IMG/VR virus record: IMGVR_UViG_3300011405_000002
Coordinates: 1,451 to 65,450 of that record
DNA: 64,000 nt
From: a virus
Taxonomy: Duplodnaviria; Caudoviricetes
Strand: one strand, 5' to 3'
The translations under genes were made by a program, and so were the position numbers. The notes below the pieces were generated by a model. The model searched no databases. It was not told the origin of the DNA and saw nothing but the letters and a program-made list of their open reading frames with translations. Shown in pieces: positions 63,096-64,000 of this stretch. The stretch's first letter is position 1. Each line of letters opens with the position of its first letter.

Positions 63096-63898
63096 TGCTT
63101 TCTGCGCGTGAAGCACTAGAGTTCCGAGACACGCTGATCGCTCGGTTGCGGATGCACGCTGACAGGATCGCAAAGATTGACCAAATTGATCCTGTGAAGC
63201 CGCTTCATGTTGCCGCTGCGATACAGGCTGCATCGTTGGTCTTATGGGCTCCAGAGATGCAGTTGGCGGCTACGGCTGGCCAGGAACATTTCGTCGGACT
63301 AGACTGGAACCCTGACGCTCTTGTGCCTCCGCTGCAATTGTGGCTATTGCCGCATCAAAAAAGAATTCGCTCCGACGTTGATCGATTTCTTCACGAAAAC
63401 GACTATCGACTTGTCGCAATAATGGTTGGCACCCAGGCGTCTGAAGGTGGTGGCATGGGGTGTATCTTCTTGTTGCTTCCTGATTCTGGTGTTTCGAAGG
63501 ATCGTCCGCCGATGATGCGCGCCCAAGAGTTGACCGGCAAGATTGGCGAAAGCGCCTCCAATGTTGCTGCGATGTGCGGGTTTATGGCTCTGGATATAGT
63601 GGAACTCGAAAGAACGAGACTGACTGGCGCAGACGTTAGACTGTGCCATTCATGGAAGAGGACGCCGCCAGATATTCGGACAGTCGTTCTGCGACGAAAA
63701 AAGTTCGCGACTGCAAGTAATTCTCAGTCTTCAATTGATTGGTCTTGTCGATGGGTTGTGTCTGGCCACTGGCGTCGACAATGGTGTCCATCAATCAACG
63801 GACACAGGCCGACATTTATCGAAGGCTATGTAAAAGGGCCGGAATCTAAACCGCTGATGGCGCATACGGCAGAGCGCGTGTATGCGGTGACGAGGTAG
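63095..63898 (+). CDS. Non-structural-looking hypothetical protein among ejection genes
   Basis: C-terminal VSGHWRRQWCPS...RP.FI..Y.KGP...PL; codon style more T-rich than neighbours. Confidence 0.55.
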   Translation: MLSAREALEFRDTLIARLRMHADRIAKIDQIDPVKPLHVAAAIQAASLVLWAPEMQLAATAGQEHFVGLDWNPDALVPPLQLWLLPHQKRIRSDVDRFLHENDYRLVAIMVGTQASEGGGMGCIFLLLPDSGVSKDRPPMMRAQELTGKIGESASNVAAMCGFMALDIVELERTRLTGADVRLCHSWKRTPPDIRTVVLRRKKFATASNSQSSIDWSCRWVVSGHWRRQWCPSINGHRPTFIEGYVKGPESKPLMAHTAERVYAVTR

Positions 63899-63900
63899 CC

Positions 63901-64000
63901 ATGCCGCAATCAGGTGGCGCGTTTGCCGGACTTGTTTCTGGGCTAGTCAGCGGGTTCGGAAAAGAATACCGCAACATCGAGCAGCAGAAGCACGAAGACA
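63901..64000 (+). CDS. Start of another ejection-type protein (truncated by the window)
   Basis: MPQSGGAFAGLVSGLVSGFGKEY. Confidence 0.55.
   Translation, partial: MPQSGGAFAGLVSGLVSGFGKEYRNIEQQKHED

Noticed and set aside
1-64000. Alternative genetic code
   Set aside because: Core genes are full length under the standard code.

Overview
The window is most of the genome (>64 kb) of a GC-rich tailed dsDNA phage, opened mid-gene. It starts inside a very large internal/ejection-type protein and ends inside another ejection-type gene. Layout: (1) 5.1-25.1 kb, a leftward early/recombination arm with RuvC-like resolvase, DEDDh exonuclease, two Cas4-like PD-(D/E)XK proteins, a probable annealing protein, a DUF3560-adenine methylase fusion, a GIY-YIG nuclease and many tiny Zn-finger ORFs; (2) 25.1-26.4 kb, a mostly non-coding divergence zone that may hold the physical genome end; (3) 26.4-30.2 kb, a rightward block with a C5-methyltransferase and a small serine recombinase; (4) 30.3-34.0 kb, a leftward replication-accessory block (ASCH, helicase loader-like, initiator C-terminal domain, RRM); (5) back-to-back sigma70 promoters with an Arc-like repressor at 34.0 kb; (6) 36-64 kb, terminase, portal, scaffold, major capsid, adaptor/nozzle, appendage and ejection genes. 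No tape measure or sheath is visible, which suggests podovirus-like morphology. No tRNA, CRISPR array, integrase, DNA polymerase or clear endolysin was seen. Two observations stand out. (a) At least four, probably five, appendage-like proteins inside the virion gene cluster carry Sec-type signal peptides and even numbers of mostly closely spaced cysteines, suggesting export, oxidative folding and attachment to virions outside the cytoplasm. (b) The C5-methyltransferase alpha ORF stays open for about 1.9 kb while a beta subunit and then a complete HNH endonuclease are encoded back-to-back in the +1 frame inside it. All family assignments come from motif recognition by eye; no searches or folding computations were run.
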